DNA of 64,000 bases from Hyaloraphidium curvatum SAG 235-1 (GCA_025558095.1 JAIVFI010000030.1:434001-498000), one strand, 5' to 3'. Positions 31,470 through 43,173 are shown, numbered from the stretch's first letter. The notes: generated from the letters alone by a model not told the origin. Made by a program: numbers and translations.

Positions 31470-32663
31470 CTAGCTCGTCGCCTTCGCCGATCTTCTCCGC
31501 CTGACAAACACCAACCTGTCCGCCCACCGCGGATAGTCGATGTCGACGATGGCATTCGGCCAGTACCCGATCCAGTCGCCTCGCGCCTTCACTTTGAGGC
31601 TCAAATCCCCATAAGAAGTCCGAAGAGCCCCTTTCTCGTCCACAAACACGGGATGATGCGTCTGGAGATCGTACAGACGGGCCCAAAGCGGGGGCGCAAA
31701 CGCCACCGGAGCGAGCTTCACGTCCATCGCTCCGTCGCGTCCGATCTCCGACTCGAGCCGCATGCCGAGGATAGCCACGCTCTTGAACCAGGCCACTGCC
31801 GACTCGATGGCCGAAATAAGGTCCTCGTCCGGGTCGGGTATGCTCAGAAGCAGTTTCAAGAGGCCGGCGCTGTCCCGCGCCGAAAGCGCTGCTGGCTCTC
31901 CGTCCACGGGCGCCGGGAGCATGGTTGAGGCCTCGTACGCGCCGCACCACGCGGTCAGGTTGCCCTTCCCACTGATCTGGGAGGCTCGAATGGCAGCAAG
32001 AGCCTTTCGGAACGCCTCCGTCGCCAGTGACCTGACCTCCACGTCCACGAAGCGGTAAGGCGACTCGCCTAGTCCAACGGAGCGCAGAAAGTGCGCCGCC
32101 CGAGCACCTCCGTCTCCTCTCCAGCTGATTGTCCCCTCATTGCCCCGATCCGGCGGGTAGGTCGCCGGCCAGCCTCCCGACGCGTCCTGGGCCCGAACGA
32201 GCACCTGGACGCCGCGGTGGAAAGCATCGCGGAGAACGCCCTCCGCAACTGGCTGCGCGGCAATCACACGGGCGAAAAACTGGAGGACGGCCACCGTCGA
32301 ACCCTCCGCTATGCTCGCAGGCAGATTGGCGACGCGTGCGCGAACGTGCTCCGACGCGGTCGACGCATGGCCGGAAAAGTCGACGCCAGCAGGCCATCCT
32401 CCGCCCTCCCTCTCGTAGGAGACGACGCTCTTCGCGAGATCGAGCGCGTGTGGGCTCGAAAACCAATCCCACGGCCTCTGGGGCACCATTTCCCAGGCCG
32501 TTGGCGGCGGTGGGGGCGGCAACGGCGGCGGGCCGTCGCGGAGGGTCCGTATCCCGACGACCAGGATAATGAGAAGGAAAACAAGGACATATGTCCGGCG
32601 TATGCCGCAGCAGCAGGCCCCCATGGTCGGGGCATCCGTTGCTCGTGAAGTCGGAACCGCCAA
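31470..32663 (-). CDS. PL10 (PelA-type) pectate-lyase homologue with an N-terminal membrane anchor; catalytic motifs diverged
   Basis: GGGWP, AQDASGGWPATYP, LTAWC, AIESAVAWF and PLWARLYDL..HPVF match the PL10 fold. TM segment YVLVFLLIILVVGI and a poly-Pro stem. Confidence 0.75.
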   Translation of the reverse strand: MAVPTSRATDAPTMGACCCGIRRTYVLVFLLIILVVGIRTLRDGPPPLPPPPPPTAWEMVPQRPWDWFSSPHALDLAKSVVSYEREGGGWPAGVDFSGHASTASEHVRARVANLPASIAEGSTVAVLQFFARVIAAQPVAEGVLRDAFHRGVQVLVRAQDASGGWPATYPPDRGNEGTISWRGDGGARAAHFLRSVGLGESPYRFVDVEVRSLATEAFRKALAAIRASQISGKGNLTAWCGAYEASTMLPAPVDGEPAALSARDSAGLLKLLLSIPDPDEDLISAIESAVAWFKSVAILGMRLESEIGRDGAMDVKLAPVAFAPPLWARLYDLQTHHPVFVDEKGALRTSYGDLSLKVKARGDWIGYWPNAIVDIDYPRWADRLVFVRRRRSAKATS

Positions 32664-32817
32664 CGATCACCTCTTCCTCTTCCATCGATGGCCGCCCTCG
32701 GGGTCTCTCCTTCGTGGAGAACGAATCATACACGTCTCACATCTCTCTCTAGTTCGATCTAGCCTCTTCCGTCGCACACTCCGTCGGCGAACCTTTGAAG
32801 GCAATGAAGCGACGCCT

Positions 32818-33672
32818 TCACCTCGCCATACTCTGTCGCCACAGAGCATAGTGCTCGGCGTAGAATATCAACCCGTGGCGAATGGAATGTCCGCAAACAG
32901 CAAGCATGGTGGCGGTGTGGATCGCGAATGATTGCCAGCAAAGGTACGCTACCCCGAGCGCCGCGGCCGTGTAGATGCCTTGAACAACCACAAAGGTTAC
33001 CTTGGTACCCCATCGATCAGCATCGAGCTGCTCCCCTTTGGCGAGCAAGTTTAGTCTTCGCGCAAGGGTAACAACGGGCGATCCTTCGCGGTGCGCGATG
33101 GCCATGAAGCGCAGGCTGGTCTCCTGGTCCTTGTCTTGCCTGAGAACGCTGGCAAAGACCACCTCCGTCACGAGCAGATACAAGACTTGCCAAAGCAAGT
33201 ACAGTCCCGCGGGCCTGACCAGCAAATCCCAAGGTCCCACTGTGGCGGCGGGTCCGCTCCCCGGTTCGATCCATCTTAGCACGTAATACACTAGCGGAGC
33301 GGCCGTATGCAAGTAGATGCTGACAAGTCCATCCAAATGGTGCGGCAGGAGCGGCATCGTCCAAGGCACATGGGCCATCAGCACCGGGCCCGTCAGCATG
33401 GCGAAGATGGCCGGATCCGGCCCGCTAGTCCTCGTTCTCGCCCAACATTCCAGGAAGGCGAACACGGAGGCGAAGTAGCAAAAGTCAAATAGGTAGAATC
33501 CCCATTTGACGCGGATAAAGTGCGGGATCCGCAAGAGCAGGAGGATCGGGGCTGTTCGAACGAAAAAGACGGGAGCCAGCGCCGGCGACTGGAGCACGGC
33601 ACGGCATGGCGCGGCAATGAAAAAAACGCCCAAGACGAAGCGCACGACGTCGCCCGAGCTCGGCGACTTCAT
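32818..33672 (-). CDS. DUF2838 / glycerophosphocholine acyltransferase (Gpc1-like) membrane protein
   Basis: ATG 33672. Motifs WGFYLFDFCYF, GPVL...W..L..HHLD.LVS.YLH..P, YLLWQVLY and ETSLRF. Confidence 0.7.
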   Translation of the reverse strand: MKSPSSGDVVRFVLGVFFIAAPCRAVLQSPALAPVFFVRTAPILLLLRIPHFIRVKWGFYLFDFCYFASVFAFLECWARTRTSGPDPAIFAMLTGPVLMAHVPWTMPLLPHHLDGLVSIYLHTAAPLVYYVLRWIEPGSGPAATVGPWDLLVRPAGLYLLWQVLYLLVTEVVFASVLRQDKDQETSLRFMAIAHREGSPVVTLARRLNLLAKGEQLDADRWGTKVTFVVVQGIYTAAALGVAYLCWQSFAIHTATMLAVCGHSIRHGLIFYAEHYALWRQSMAR

Positions 33673-33818
33673 GTCTTCCGTGGGAGATTGGGAGCGCGTG
33701 GCCGGCACGCGAAGCCGGCCGCACCGCCGCCCGCTTGCAACCGCGATCAGCGAATACGAGCTCGAAATCCGGATCCCAAAGTCCTTCAGTGGAATCGACC
33801 TAAGCAGCTCTTTTGGCC

Positions 33819-35769
33819 TCATTCTCTAACCTCGCCATGTTCAGAATCGCCCCGCAGCTGCCTCAGGACCCCGTCGACGCTCTTCTGTGCCACCGCCTCC
33901 GCGATCGACACTAACCTCGTCCCCCTTGATGCCCCTCCGGCCACGCTACCCGCACCAAGCTGCGCTGCCGACACGGCGAACGCCGTGCACGCTGCACGAG
34001 AGGGCAGCACGGGCCATATCCGGGCCGTCCAGATCGAGTCCCCCTCCGCCATCCCGTCGTGTCCGGAGAGCCGCGCGACGTCCTGCGCCGCGACCCTGCC
34101 TGAGAAGAGCAACACCTTCTCCTGCGAGAGCTTGAGGTCGTCCGAGCAGCCGATCGCGAAACCAACGTGACCGTCCGCGAGAGGGACGGAGAAGAGGTAC
34201 GATCCGGCCGGGACGTCCCACTCCCCGGCGGCAAACTCGAGATTCGCCAGGATCGATCCCTTGCCGACCCTCAGCTTTGCGCCCTTGCCGATCCGTGATC
34301 TTTCGACGACGCACGGCGCCTCTGCCTGCGCGTCTGCGCCGTCGTCGACGACAACGTCCATGCAGACGGCACCCTTGACCTCGCCGCGGCCACCCGCTCG
34401 GCACACGAACCCGGCATCCACCGCCACCTCGCCCCCGCAGAGGTGGGTCAGGTACTCCCCCGCCGTCCCGAGGTGGTGGAACCCGCTCTCCTCCAGCGCC
34501 AGCGCGCGCAGCGGGGTGCCCTCCAGCCGTGCCCACAGCACGCGGCGGGCCTCGCGAACGGCCTCGAAACCCGCCGGGTCCACGAGGTTGGCGCCGGAAT
34601 CGAGGTGCGCGTGGTGCGGGTGGGTTCCGAGGGGGGAGAGCACGTCGCCGTAGGCTTCGAGCTCCGCGCGCAGAGGCTGCAGCTCCTTGAGTGCGTGAAG
34701 GAGGGCGTCGTAGGTGCCGTGGTGCGCGAAGTAGCACGAGTCCGTGAGGACGTGGTCCTCCCCGCCGAAGGAAAAGTTGGCTCCGTGCTCGAGCATGAGC
34801 GGGACGCGCGGTTTGTGAATGAAGGTTTTGACGTCAGAAGGGCCGCTACACGGGAACGGGGTATGCGGGAGGACAAAGACGCCGTGGGAGATGCCGATCT
34901 TAAGTGGCGAGGGATGTGCGAGTGCGGTGAAGCCAGGCAGGGTGAAATCAAAGTCTGACCGAGAGTCAGTCGGCAACTTCGGAGTGCTACGAATACCCAC
35001 AGGTCTCGGTAAACGATTCGATCGTGTCGGCCGAGGCCAGAAAGAACTGGAAGCTTGATCAGCTTTAGCATCTGCAGGCTGCGAGAACGACCCACGCCCG
35101 GTTCCATCTTTCGCGGAAAGTCGACGTAGAGCACCAGTTTCAGCTCAAACACCGTCATGGCCCTCCCGAGCGCGTTCTCTGTGCCAAACTTCATGAAGGG
35201 AGTGACAAGGAAAGACGCAGAAAGACCCACCGATGGGAACCGCGGCAAAGATCTTGCCGCATGCACTGACGTGCGGCAGCCTCTTGCTGTAGCCTCCCGC
35301 GTGAAGTAGAAGGATCTGCACTAAAGAAACATGAGCTCCGGCATTTAAACCATATGCCGCAAGCGCCCACTTGTCCGCAAATGGGCGCCGTAGGCCTTGC
35401 TGAGGGCGTCGAGGACGACGAGCGTCGAACCGCCGCTGCCGATCTTTGGCCCCGGTGGGTCCATCAAGACGTGGTATCTTTGGCCGACGAGGAAGCAAAG
35501 ACATCTTAGACCATCATCCGCGGTTCTGATTGGAGCTTCCGGCCCCACTTTGTTCCCAGAGTCGGCAAGAGTCCGTCCCCAGTGAGCCGGTCCAGGATCC
35601 CCTCGTAGACGGCCTTTTGCTGCTCATCCCCCGCCGTCAGGACCACGGCATCCCAAAATGGAAGTGTCGGTCGACCATCCCCGTCACCCGGATCCGCCAA
35701 AATCCGGCTGAAGAGCTCGCTCCGTCGTCGTTGGGCCCGGGCGAAATCGGGACGTGTCCGGGGGCCCAT
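33819..35769 (-). CDS. FPGT: Fucose-1-phosphate guanylyltransferase (fucose salvage), multi-exon
   Basis: WDAVVLTAGDEQQK, DPPGPKIGSGGSTL, LLLHAGGYSKRLP, GKIF, HGVFV, FIHKP and FHHLGTAGEYL. No GHMP kinase domain. Confidence 0.85.
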
Positions 35770-36018
35770 TCGCCGGAATGGAAGCCGGACCGCCCGCGGC
35801 CGCCGTCCACGGAAAAAAAGTCGCGAAAATCAATAGATCGATTGCGGCTCAGACCAGCTCGCCGGTGTTGAGCCGGGAGGTCTTGTTTGGGTGTTGGGCC
35901 GCGGCCTAGAGCGCGGCCGCCGGCGTTGCACCACCTGCTCCGGTCCCCGCTCGACGTGCCGCGGTCCGCACGGCGCGCTCTTCCCGCCCTCTGCGCACTT
36001 GTCCCGTGCGCCGCCACG

Positions 36019-37202
36019 ATGGCCGAGCCGACGTTCGCCGAGGGCGACTTCGTCTTCGCGATTTCCGACGGGTATCCGGTGGGTCCGCTCCCCCGCGGCG
36101 CCCGCGCCCGTCTGACCGCGAAACCGCTGTTTGCCACGCGTATCGCGCCGTGGGAACGTGTTGCTGCCGGATTCTGTGGCCCGTTGGACCCCGCCCCTGC
36201 GCATCGGACCGGCGGCGCCATCCCAACAGAACTGGCCGGGAGTTATCCGGGGTTCCCGCAAGTCCAAGACGGGCACACAGTACAGGGTGCGCTACTTTGA
36301 TGAGAAGGAGGCCGAGTGAGTCGCGGGCGGGTCCCATCGGGTCAATTTCCAGGTCTGACGGGGACCGCCGAAGCTCGGACTGGCTCGGCACGGATGAGGT
36401 GTTTGCCTTCGACGAGAACGTCGAGAGTATGGGGCATCCTAAATTCGACGGCTACGACGATCCGGCCACGGAGCTGAAGCGGCGGTTCCACATCGGGCTG
36501 GACAAGGTCAACGAGCTGAAGAGCAAGAAGTCTGAGGAGCCCGCCGGCCGCCGCGGCCGTCCCTCGGAGGTCGCGTCGCCGGCGGTCAACCACAACCCCG
36601 CCAAGCGGAAACCCGCCGGTGACGGAACCCCGGCCGCCGCGAGCCCGAAGCGGCAGAAGAACGCGGCGGCGGCCGGCAGCGGCGCTGCCACCCCGTGGGA
36701 TCCCCTTAGCACGGATCGATGCCGTGTTCTGACTTCCTTTCCTTCGAAAGTGCAAGCCCCAAGAAGCTGGGCCGCCCGAAGAAGGTGCAGCCGGCACCCG
36801 AGGCGGCTGCCGCGCCGGAGGCCGCTCCGGAGCCGGAAGAGCCCGCTCCGGAAGCCGCCCACGTGGAAATCAAGGAGGTCGAAGTGGTGCTCGAAGAGCC
36901 CGCGGTGCCTGCATCGCCCAAGAAGGTCGGCAGGCCGCCCAAGGAGAAGAAGGAGCCCGCCTCGCCGTGGGTCGACTCTGTTTCGCCTCCTGCCTGATTC
37001 CCGCTCACTTTTTGCCGTCGATAGTAAGCCTAAGCCCGTCGGCCGCCCCAAGAAGGCCGCAAACGGCGCCGAACACGCCCTCCCCGCCGCCGTGGAGGAG
37101 GTCGTCCACGCTGCCGCCGCTGGCCTCGAAGCCGGGGAGGATAAGTACAGGAAAGCCATCGAGCACGCCATCGCGATCCTGCAAGCTGCGTTGGACTCCT
37201 AG
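36019..37202 (+). CDS. PWWP-domain chromatin protein with AT-hook-like motifs, multi-exon
   Basis: Spliced FAEGDFVFAISDGYP/NWPGVI...YRVRYF. GRP motifs RRGRPS, KLGRPKK, VGRPPK and VGRPKK. Confidence 0.75.
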
Positions 37203-37688
37203 GTGCGTCTTTTCGCTGTAGGAGGACTTGTCGCTCTGCTGACGTCCGGTTCAGGAATCTCGTTTGTCGTTCTAGTCGCGGCCGGCCTGGCCCGGCGTTT
37301 GCTTGTCATTGCCAAAGGTAAAGAGATATGTACATACCTACTATGGAGGCTTTCTTCCCTTTTTCTCGCCATCTGGTGGTTCGATCGCGGTCGTTGTCCG
37401 GTTGCGGAGCTGTCGAGATGGCCGTGTGCCGCCGAGGAAGGTTCCCAGGCAGGAGTGACTAACGGAACTAGTAATAGCAGGACTTGGATGTTTTGCGGTG
37501 GAAACGACTCTGCTTGCGATGATGTCCGAGGTCTCGTCGTCCGGGGAGACAGCCGTCTGATCGTCAGGGACCCACTCGCGTCGAGACCAAAGTCGAGACC
37601 ACACTCCTATTGCCTCGTTACTCGGAGCCGCGGCGCTCCGGGCCCGAGCCGCGGCCGCGAACCCGTTCTGAACGTTGCGGCCGTCACG

Positions 37689-40600
37689 ATGGCCGACGAT
37701 CCGGGCGACGATGGCGGGGATTTTCTGCCAGGAGATGTGCTGCCGCTGCCTCCTCCACCGGGCGGCGTGGCGAGCTCAGTTCAGGAATCTACACCTGTTG
37801 GACCGAAGCCGGCGAACTTTCTCTTGTCGTACTACGACGACTTGAAGCTGGACATGAACGAGCTGGAGCCCGTGAAGCTCGGCGAGGGCAAATTCGCGGT
37901 CGCGTACAGGGCCAAGCTCCGCGGGGCCATTCCGGTCGCTGTCAAGAGACTGAAGGACACACGTTCAAAGGAGAAGCTGCGAGAGGAATTGACGAAGGAA
38001 GTCGAGACATGGCAGCAATTGTCCGATGACAATGGTGAGGCTTGCAGGCAACGTGCCATACCGTCCTCTTGACCACTATCCGGCACCAGTTCTAAGGTTC
38101 CGTGGCTACTGCATGGAGCCTCTTGCTCTGGTTTCTGATTTTGCCGACGGAGGAGACCTGCACGGGGTGCTGGAGAAAGTACGGCTCGCGAACGCGTTTC
38201 CCTGGGCTGGCCGGCGCGAGTGCCTGCTCCAAGTGGCTCGTGGAATGCTCTATCTTCATTCTATGGACGTCTTGCACTGCGATTTGAAGCCTGCCAACAT
38301 CTTGATTCGTCTTGGGGTATACAAGATTGCAGACTTCGGGCTTTCCAGTCTCCGCAATCTCGCGGGGGCATCGACCGCTGGCTCCCCTGCCTACATGCCT
38401 CCGGAATCGTTGCGGAGGCCGCCAGCCAAGCGGGATAAGCCGGCCGATGTGTACAGCTTCGGCGTGATTGCGTACGAGATGTCTTGCGGGGCGCGCCCAA
38501 ACGTGGTACGTGGCATTGGCACTATATTGCGTCTTTATAGTTTATGAGATTCCCGCTAGGACGTAGTTCGTGGTCTTTCCAGTGGTGTTCCATTCACCCG
38601 CCCTTACGAGATCGCGGGGGACGATCGGATGTGGCGCCTGATGTCAAGCTGCGCCAAGATTGACCCTTTCGAGCGCCCGTCGTTCGAAGGCGTCGTCGAC
38701 TACATCTCCCTCGGGGACGGCGCGGATCTCTCGGCTTCGAGCTCTGCAGCATCGGCTGCAGCTGTGGGAGTCTCAAGCGCTCCGAGCTACTCGTATTCCG
38801 CGGCGGCTCTCGCTCCAAACGAAGCATCTGCCAGCTCTGCTCATTCAGCTCTTGCACCGGAGAACGCCGGCGGTGCGGACGGAGTTCCGGTGGATCGCAT
38901 TGTGCTCCAAGTCGCCAACGGCGGATATGGACAGGGCGACAACCCGAAAAACTTGCCGATGGCGTCCGAGAGCGTCGACCTCTTGCGAACGGTGCTTGTT
39001 TCGTTCTATGGGTTCTCGGGATCCCCGCTTTATGACCGAGATTCCACTGCTATCCGGACTGCTGCTCGACCTGCCTGTGCCAGCTTGCGAGGAGCACAAG
39101 GAACGTCGATCATTCATCTCGTTGGACATGGCGGTGATCGTCGGGGTCGCTTCGTGTTCGAGGGAGTTTCCCCGGGCGCGACGGACGAGGGCCAGCCTGC
39201 TGAGGACAGCACAGTGGACCTGGAACGCGACATCATGTCCCAGATCCCGGAGGACCATCAGGGTCTCGTTGTTGTGCTCCTGGATTGTTGCCGCGGATCC
39301 ATGGGCACGGAGGACCGACCGTTTGACGTGGACAGAAACAACGTGGTTCTTGGCCTCGCTGCTCGGCGTGATGCAAAGGCGTACGGGTGCTTGTACACCT
39401 TCGTCCTCGCCGAAGAGCTTTGGAAGCGGTTCGATAACCAGTCAGGGAACCTCACGTGGCGGGACGTACTCTACGACGTCGAGCAGCGCATCATTGCCGG
39501 GACGGCGGTTGTAGCCTCGCACCCTCAGGGAACAAATCCACCGGCCACCGCTTTGGTTCAGCAGCCGCGCCATTCAACACTAGGTACTGGGGAAGTCAAG
39601 TGGCACAAGTTTCCGCTGGTAGAGTCCTCGATGTGCTGCCTTCCTGTTCTGTGCTAACTGTTCGTTTCTTGGCAGAGGCCCCGCGCAAAGACCACGAATG
39701 CCAAGGAGTACATTCAGCGGAAAGTGCTTGGCAACGAGTTTCGGAACCGCGCGAAGGATCTTGAGAATATGGATGCCCTTCAGCAGAGCTATCCACTGGC
39801 ATCTTACATGGAGGACTTGTTCAGTGGGAATTATATGCTGGAGATGACTTTCGGCGATGGCAGAGCGTGGGAAAGCAGGCGCTCAGCGTGGACAGCAGCG
39901 GATCTAGTGCTGGAGTTGTGCAAGACCAGCGCGAGCTATCGGGATTCTTCGGTAATCAATGCTCGGCTCCGTTGTCTTTCGGGGGCAGCAATCAAGTATG
40001 GCTTAGGGCGCCTTTGGCTAAAAGAGCCGCACGAATTGGTGTACGGCTTTGTCCGTGAAGCCGTGGTCACAAACTACCGGATCCTGCACGAGGCGCAGTT
40101 TGATCTTGACGTGGCAAGGCCTGAGGTGGAGCGGAAACCGGACATGACGGAGCTCACGTTCGCTGTCATTTGCGGCCGACACAAGCTGGTGAGGGCTCTT
40201 CTACAGGGTCCATGGGAGCTCCATGAGGCCGACAAGGAAGGCAACACGCCTTTCCACCATGCTTGCCGGAGCGGTGACATGAGCATGGTTCAGCTCTTTT
40301 TGGATCGCTTTGGCACTTTTGACCACACGGTTCGTAATGTGGACGGAAAGCAGGCTTCCGATTTGGTGCCATCGCCTGCGGAGATGGGTTCAATCAAGGC
40401 GGCGTTGCAGTTTGCCGAGACAGAACGCGGAATGAAGATAGCTCCTGCGTCGGCTTTCGTTGTTGCCTCGAACAACTTAAAGGGCACGGGAGCATTTGGA
40501 GCAACTCAAGAAGGAACATTCAACGGGCATCCTGCAGCCATTAGGACGTCTCCATCGAAGTTTGGAGATGACTTACTTTTCCATAACCAAATCACTATCC

Positions 40601-41366
40601 GAAACGTCATTGGAGAGCATGAGAACGGTGGGTGCTTGGCTCGGCACTATTTCGTGGATGTCCACTCACCGTCCAAAAGTTATGCCGATTCTTGGCTTCT
40701 GCGAGGACCCGCCGATGATCGCTTATCCTATTGGATCCAATGATCTTCATTGCTATTTTTGGTATCAGCGAAATCATCCGGGTTACTGGAAAGCAGCTTG
40801 CCGCCTCCTCAGGGACGTTGCCGCTGGGGTGGCACATTGCCATGCCCATTCTGTGGTGCATGGAGATCTCAAGCCATCGAATGTGATTGTCTTCGAGGAC
40901 GCCGGTGACTTTCCCGTGGCGCGAGTAGCGGACTTCAGTGGTTCAATACTCCGTTACGGTCATGCAAGGTCTGGAGCTGACTTCAAAGGGATCGGCACAA
41001 TACCTTTCCAGCCCCCAGAGATGCTTGCAGCCGGTGGAAACATCAACCAACGAGCCAAGGAGTCCGACGACGTGTACGCTTTCGCCATGGTATGCTTCGA
41101 GGCCGCCACCAGGGGCTACGAGCCATTCTACGGGCAACGTCAGGACGAGGTGGGTCCAATTGCGCATCTGTGAACGGCACGTGCTCACGCCCAAGGGGCA
41201 GATCATGCGCAGGGTCGTCGCCGGGGAGCGGCCCGAGATACCGCCCGACACGCCGCCGTTGCTCGCGACGCTGATGAAGGAATGCTGGCACCAGGATCCC
41301 GAGCAAAGGCCGAGCTTCGAGGTGATCGTGCACAGGATGAAGGAGATTGTGTCGGAGGTGTCGTGA
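37689..41366 (+). CDS. Kinase / caspase-like (peptidase C14) / ankyrin / pseudokinase fusion, 6 exons, ~1135 aa
   Basis: Introns 38035-38089, 38506-38559, 39619-39675, 40628-40679 and 41150-41201 give one continuous frame. Kinase 1: VAVK, HCDLKPAN, DFG. Caspase-like: HLVGHG and LLDCCRG. Ankyrin: GNTPFHHAC. Kinase 2: AAIR, HGDLKPSN, DFS. Confidence 0.82.
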
Positions 41367-41499
41367 GCATTTCATTGGATTGTCGAGCACGTCAAATGTC
41401 CCGGCGCGCGCGCCGACCGCCGCCCTACCCTCGCAGTCCTTCCTGCACCAGCCTCTCCTCCACCTCCCCCTCCCCCTCTCCGGCTCCTTCTTGCCCGCC

Positions 41500-42059
41500 A
41501 TCTAATACGCCGGATCCAGCGCGGCGTAGTGTCCGCCCCCTTCCAGCACCAGCAGCTGGTACCCGCCGGGTCCACGCGGCCTCCTCGCCCGACAGGAGCC
41601 GGAAGAGGTACCGCGCCTCCCGGGCGGAAACGATCCCGTCCTCGCCGCGTGCACGATCCGCACGTCCATCCCCAGCGGCGTGACCTCGTACCCTACTTCT
41701 TCCGTTCCGCGCCCCGTGGGCGACGAGCGGCCGCAGCCCGCCGGTCAAGCACGATCACGCGCGCGCCGCGGTGCTGCGCCGCGGTATGACGTCGAACGAT
41801 GGTGAAAGGCGCGAGCCGGGCGAGTCGTGGAACAGCACGGCGACGCGCGCCCCGTCGTCGGGCCCGTACGCCGCATAGGCCAAAAGTCGTCCGTAAGGCC
41901 AGCGCAAAGAGGTCGGCGTCTCATGTAATCGCGCCAGCGTGCCCGGCTGCAGCCCCGCCGCCGCGTCGGCGCCGCTCCCTCCCGGTTGCGCAGGTAGAGA
42001 TACAGGAGCACCGGCGGCACCACGACGACGGCCGCCGGGGTGGCTGCACGCGCGGCCAT
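41500..42059 (-). pseudogene. Alpha/beta-hydrolase remnant
   Basis: LRWPYGRLLAYAAYGPDDGARVAVLFHDSPGSRL matches the L.LPDGR.LAY.EYG...FHG.PGSR N-terminus; frames are broken. Confidence 0.6.
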
Positions 42060-42177
42060 CGATCCGGGATCCGCGGTCGTTCTTCGGATGCCGAGACAAT
42101 CGGAGATTCGGCGATGGACTGTTTAGATGTTTGCTGGGAGGCAGATCGCGATGAGTCCGATCTCGCCGGCGGACACG

Positions 42178-43173
42178 ATGCCGGCGCCGTCCGGCCTCCG
42201 CATCCTCGTAACGGGAGGCACCGAGGTGCGCCACCCATTTTGCTGCGTCCGGCGCCGTCCCGACGCGCTCCGGTCTCGCGACAGGGCATCGGCCTCGCGC
42301 TCGTCGAACGGTCGCCACGGCGGGAAACAGGGTCGTCATCGCCAACCGCAATGCGGAGCTGGGGGAGAAGGTGGTGGCGGAGCTCAAAGGGAAGTTGAAG
42401 CTCGGCGATGGGGCCGTGACGTTCACCAAGATGGTGGGTGGCATGCGATCCTTTGGAAAGCTCCGCCCAACCGGCTCCGCCGAACGGGAACAGGACCTCT
42501 GCGACCTAAAGTCTGTCAACGGCGCCCTTTCGACCGCCCTCGAGCGGCTGGGAGGCGTCGACACCGTCTTTGCCAACTCCGGATTCCCGTCCGAGGCCGG
42601 CTACCTCGAGGACGTGCTCGCCGGGCGCAACGACGCCTGGATCACCGGGATCACGGGGAACCTGGTCGGCACCATGGCGCTGGGCTCCGCCGCGGCCAAG
42701 CACTGGCTCGAGAACGACCTCGAGGGCACCTTGTCGTCACGGGACCGGTCGACACGATGCACCTCACCACGCAAGGCGCAAACAACCCGTGCATGTCCTA
42801 CATCGTCTCCAAGGCCGGGCTCGGGCAGTACGTGCTCAACATGCAGCAGCTCCTCGACGAGCGCGCGCAGGCGGCCAAGAAGGCCCAGAAGCTCCACTAC
42901 TCCGCGATCCTCCCGGGGCTCGTCTACACCCCGATCTGGAACAGACTCCTCGGGAGGGAACGCACCTTCGAGGAACTCGACCGCGATATCGGGCCATGGA
43001 CCAAGATCTACGGCGGCTGGACCCCGATGGACAAGCTCATCGACGCGTTCGTGGCCGTGCTCGGGCAGCCCGCGAAGCACGAGGGAAAGTGCTTCGTCGT
43101 GTGCGGCGAGGCCGGGGAGATGAGGGAGTACCCCAAGAACGGCGATTTGGAGCAGTATGTCTCGCGCTTGTGA
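42178..43173 (+). pseudogene. Short-chain dehydrogenase/reductase with two apparent 1-nt frameshifts
   Basis: VTGGTE/GIG, FANSG and YIVSK. Frame changes near 42310 and 42725 are not explained by introns, so pseudogene or sequencing error. Confidence 0.7.

Noticed and set aside
33255-33275. GGTTCGATCC T-loop-like motif (also GGTTCGAAC near 11760)
   Set aside because: Inside protein-coding sequence with no cloverleaf; not tRNAs.
25633-35769. Sulfotransferase + PL10 + FPGT as a sulfated-fucan gene cluster
   Set aside because: Genes are separated by unrelated 7-TM, F-box and Gpc1 genes, there is no glycosyltransferase, and the sulfotransferase looks cytosolic.
42178-43173. Programmed frameshifting in the SDR
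   Set aside because: No slippery heptamer or stimulatory structure; simple 1-nt deletions or sequencing errors are more parsimonious.
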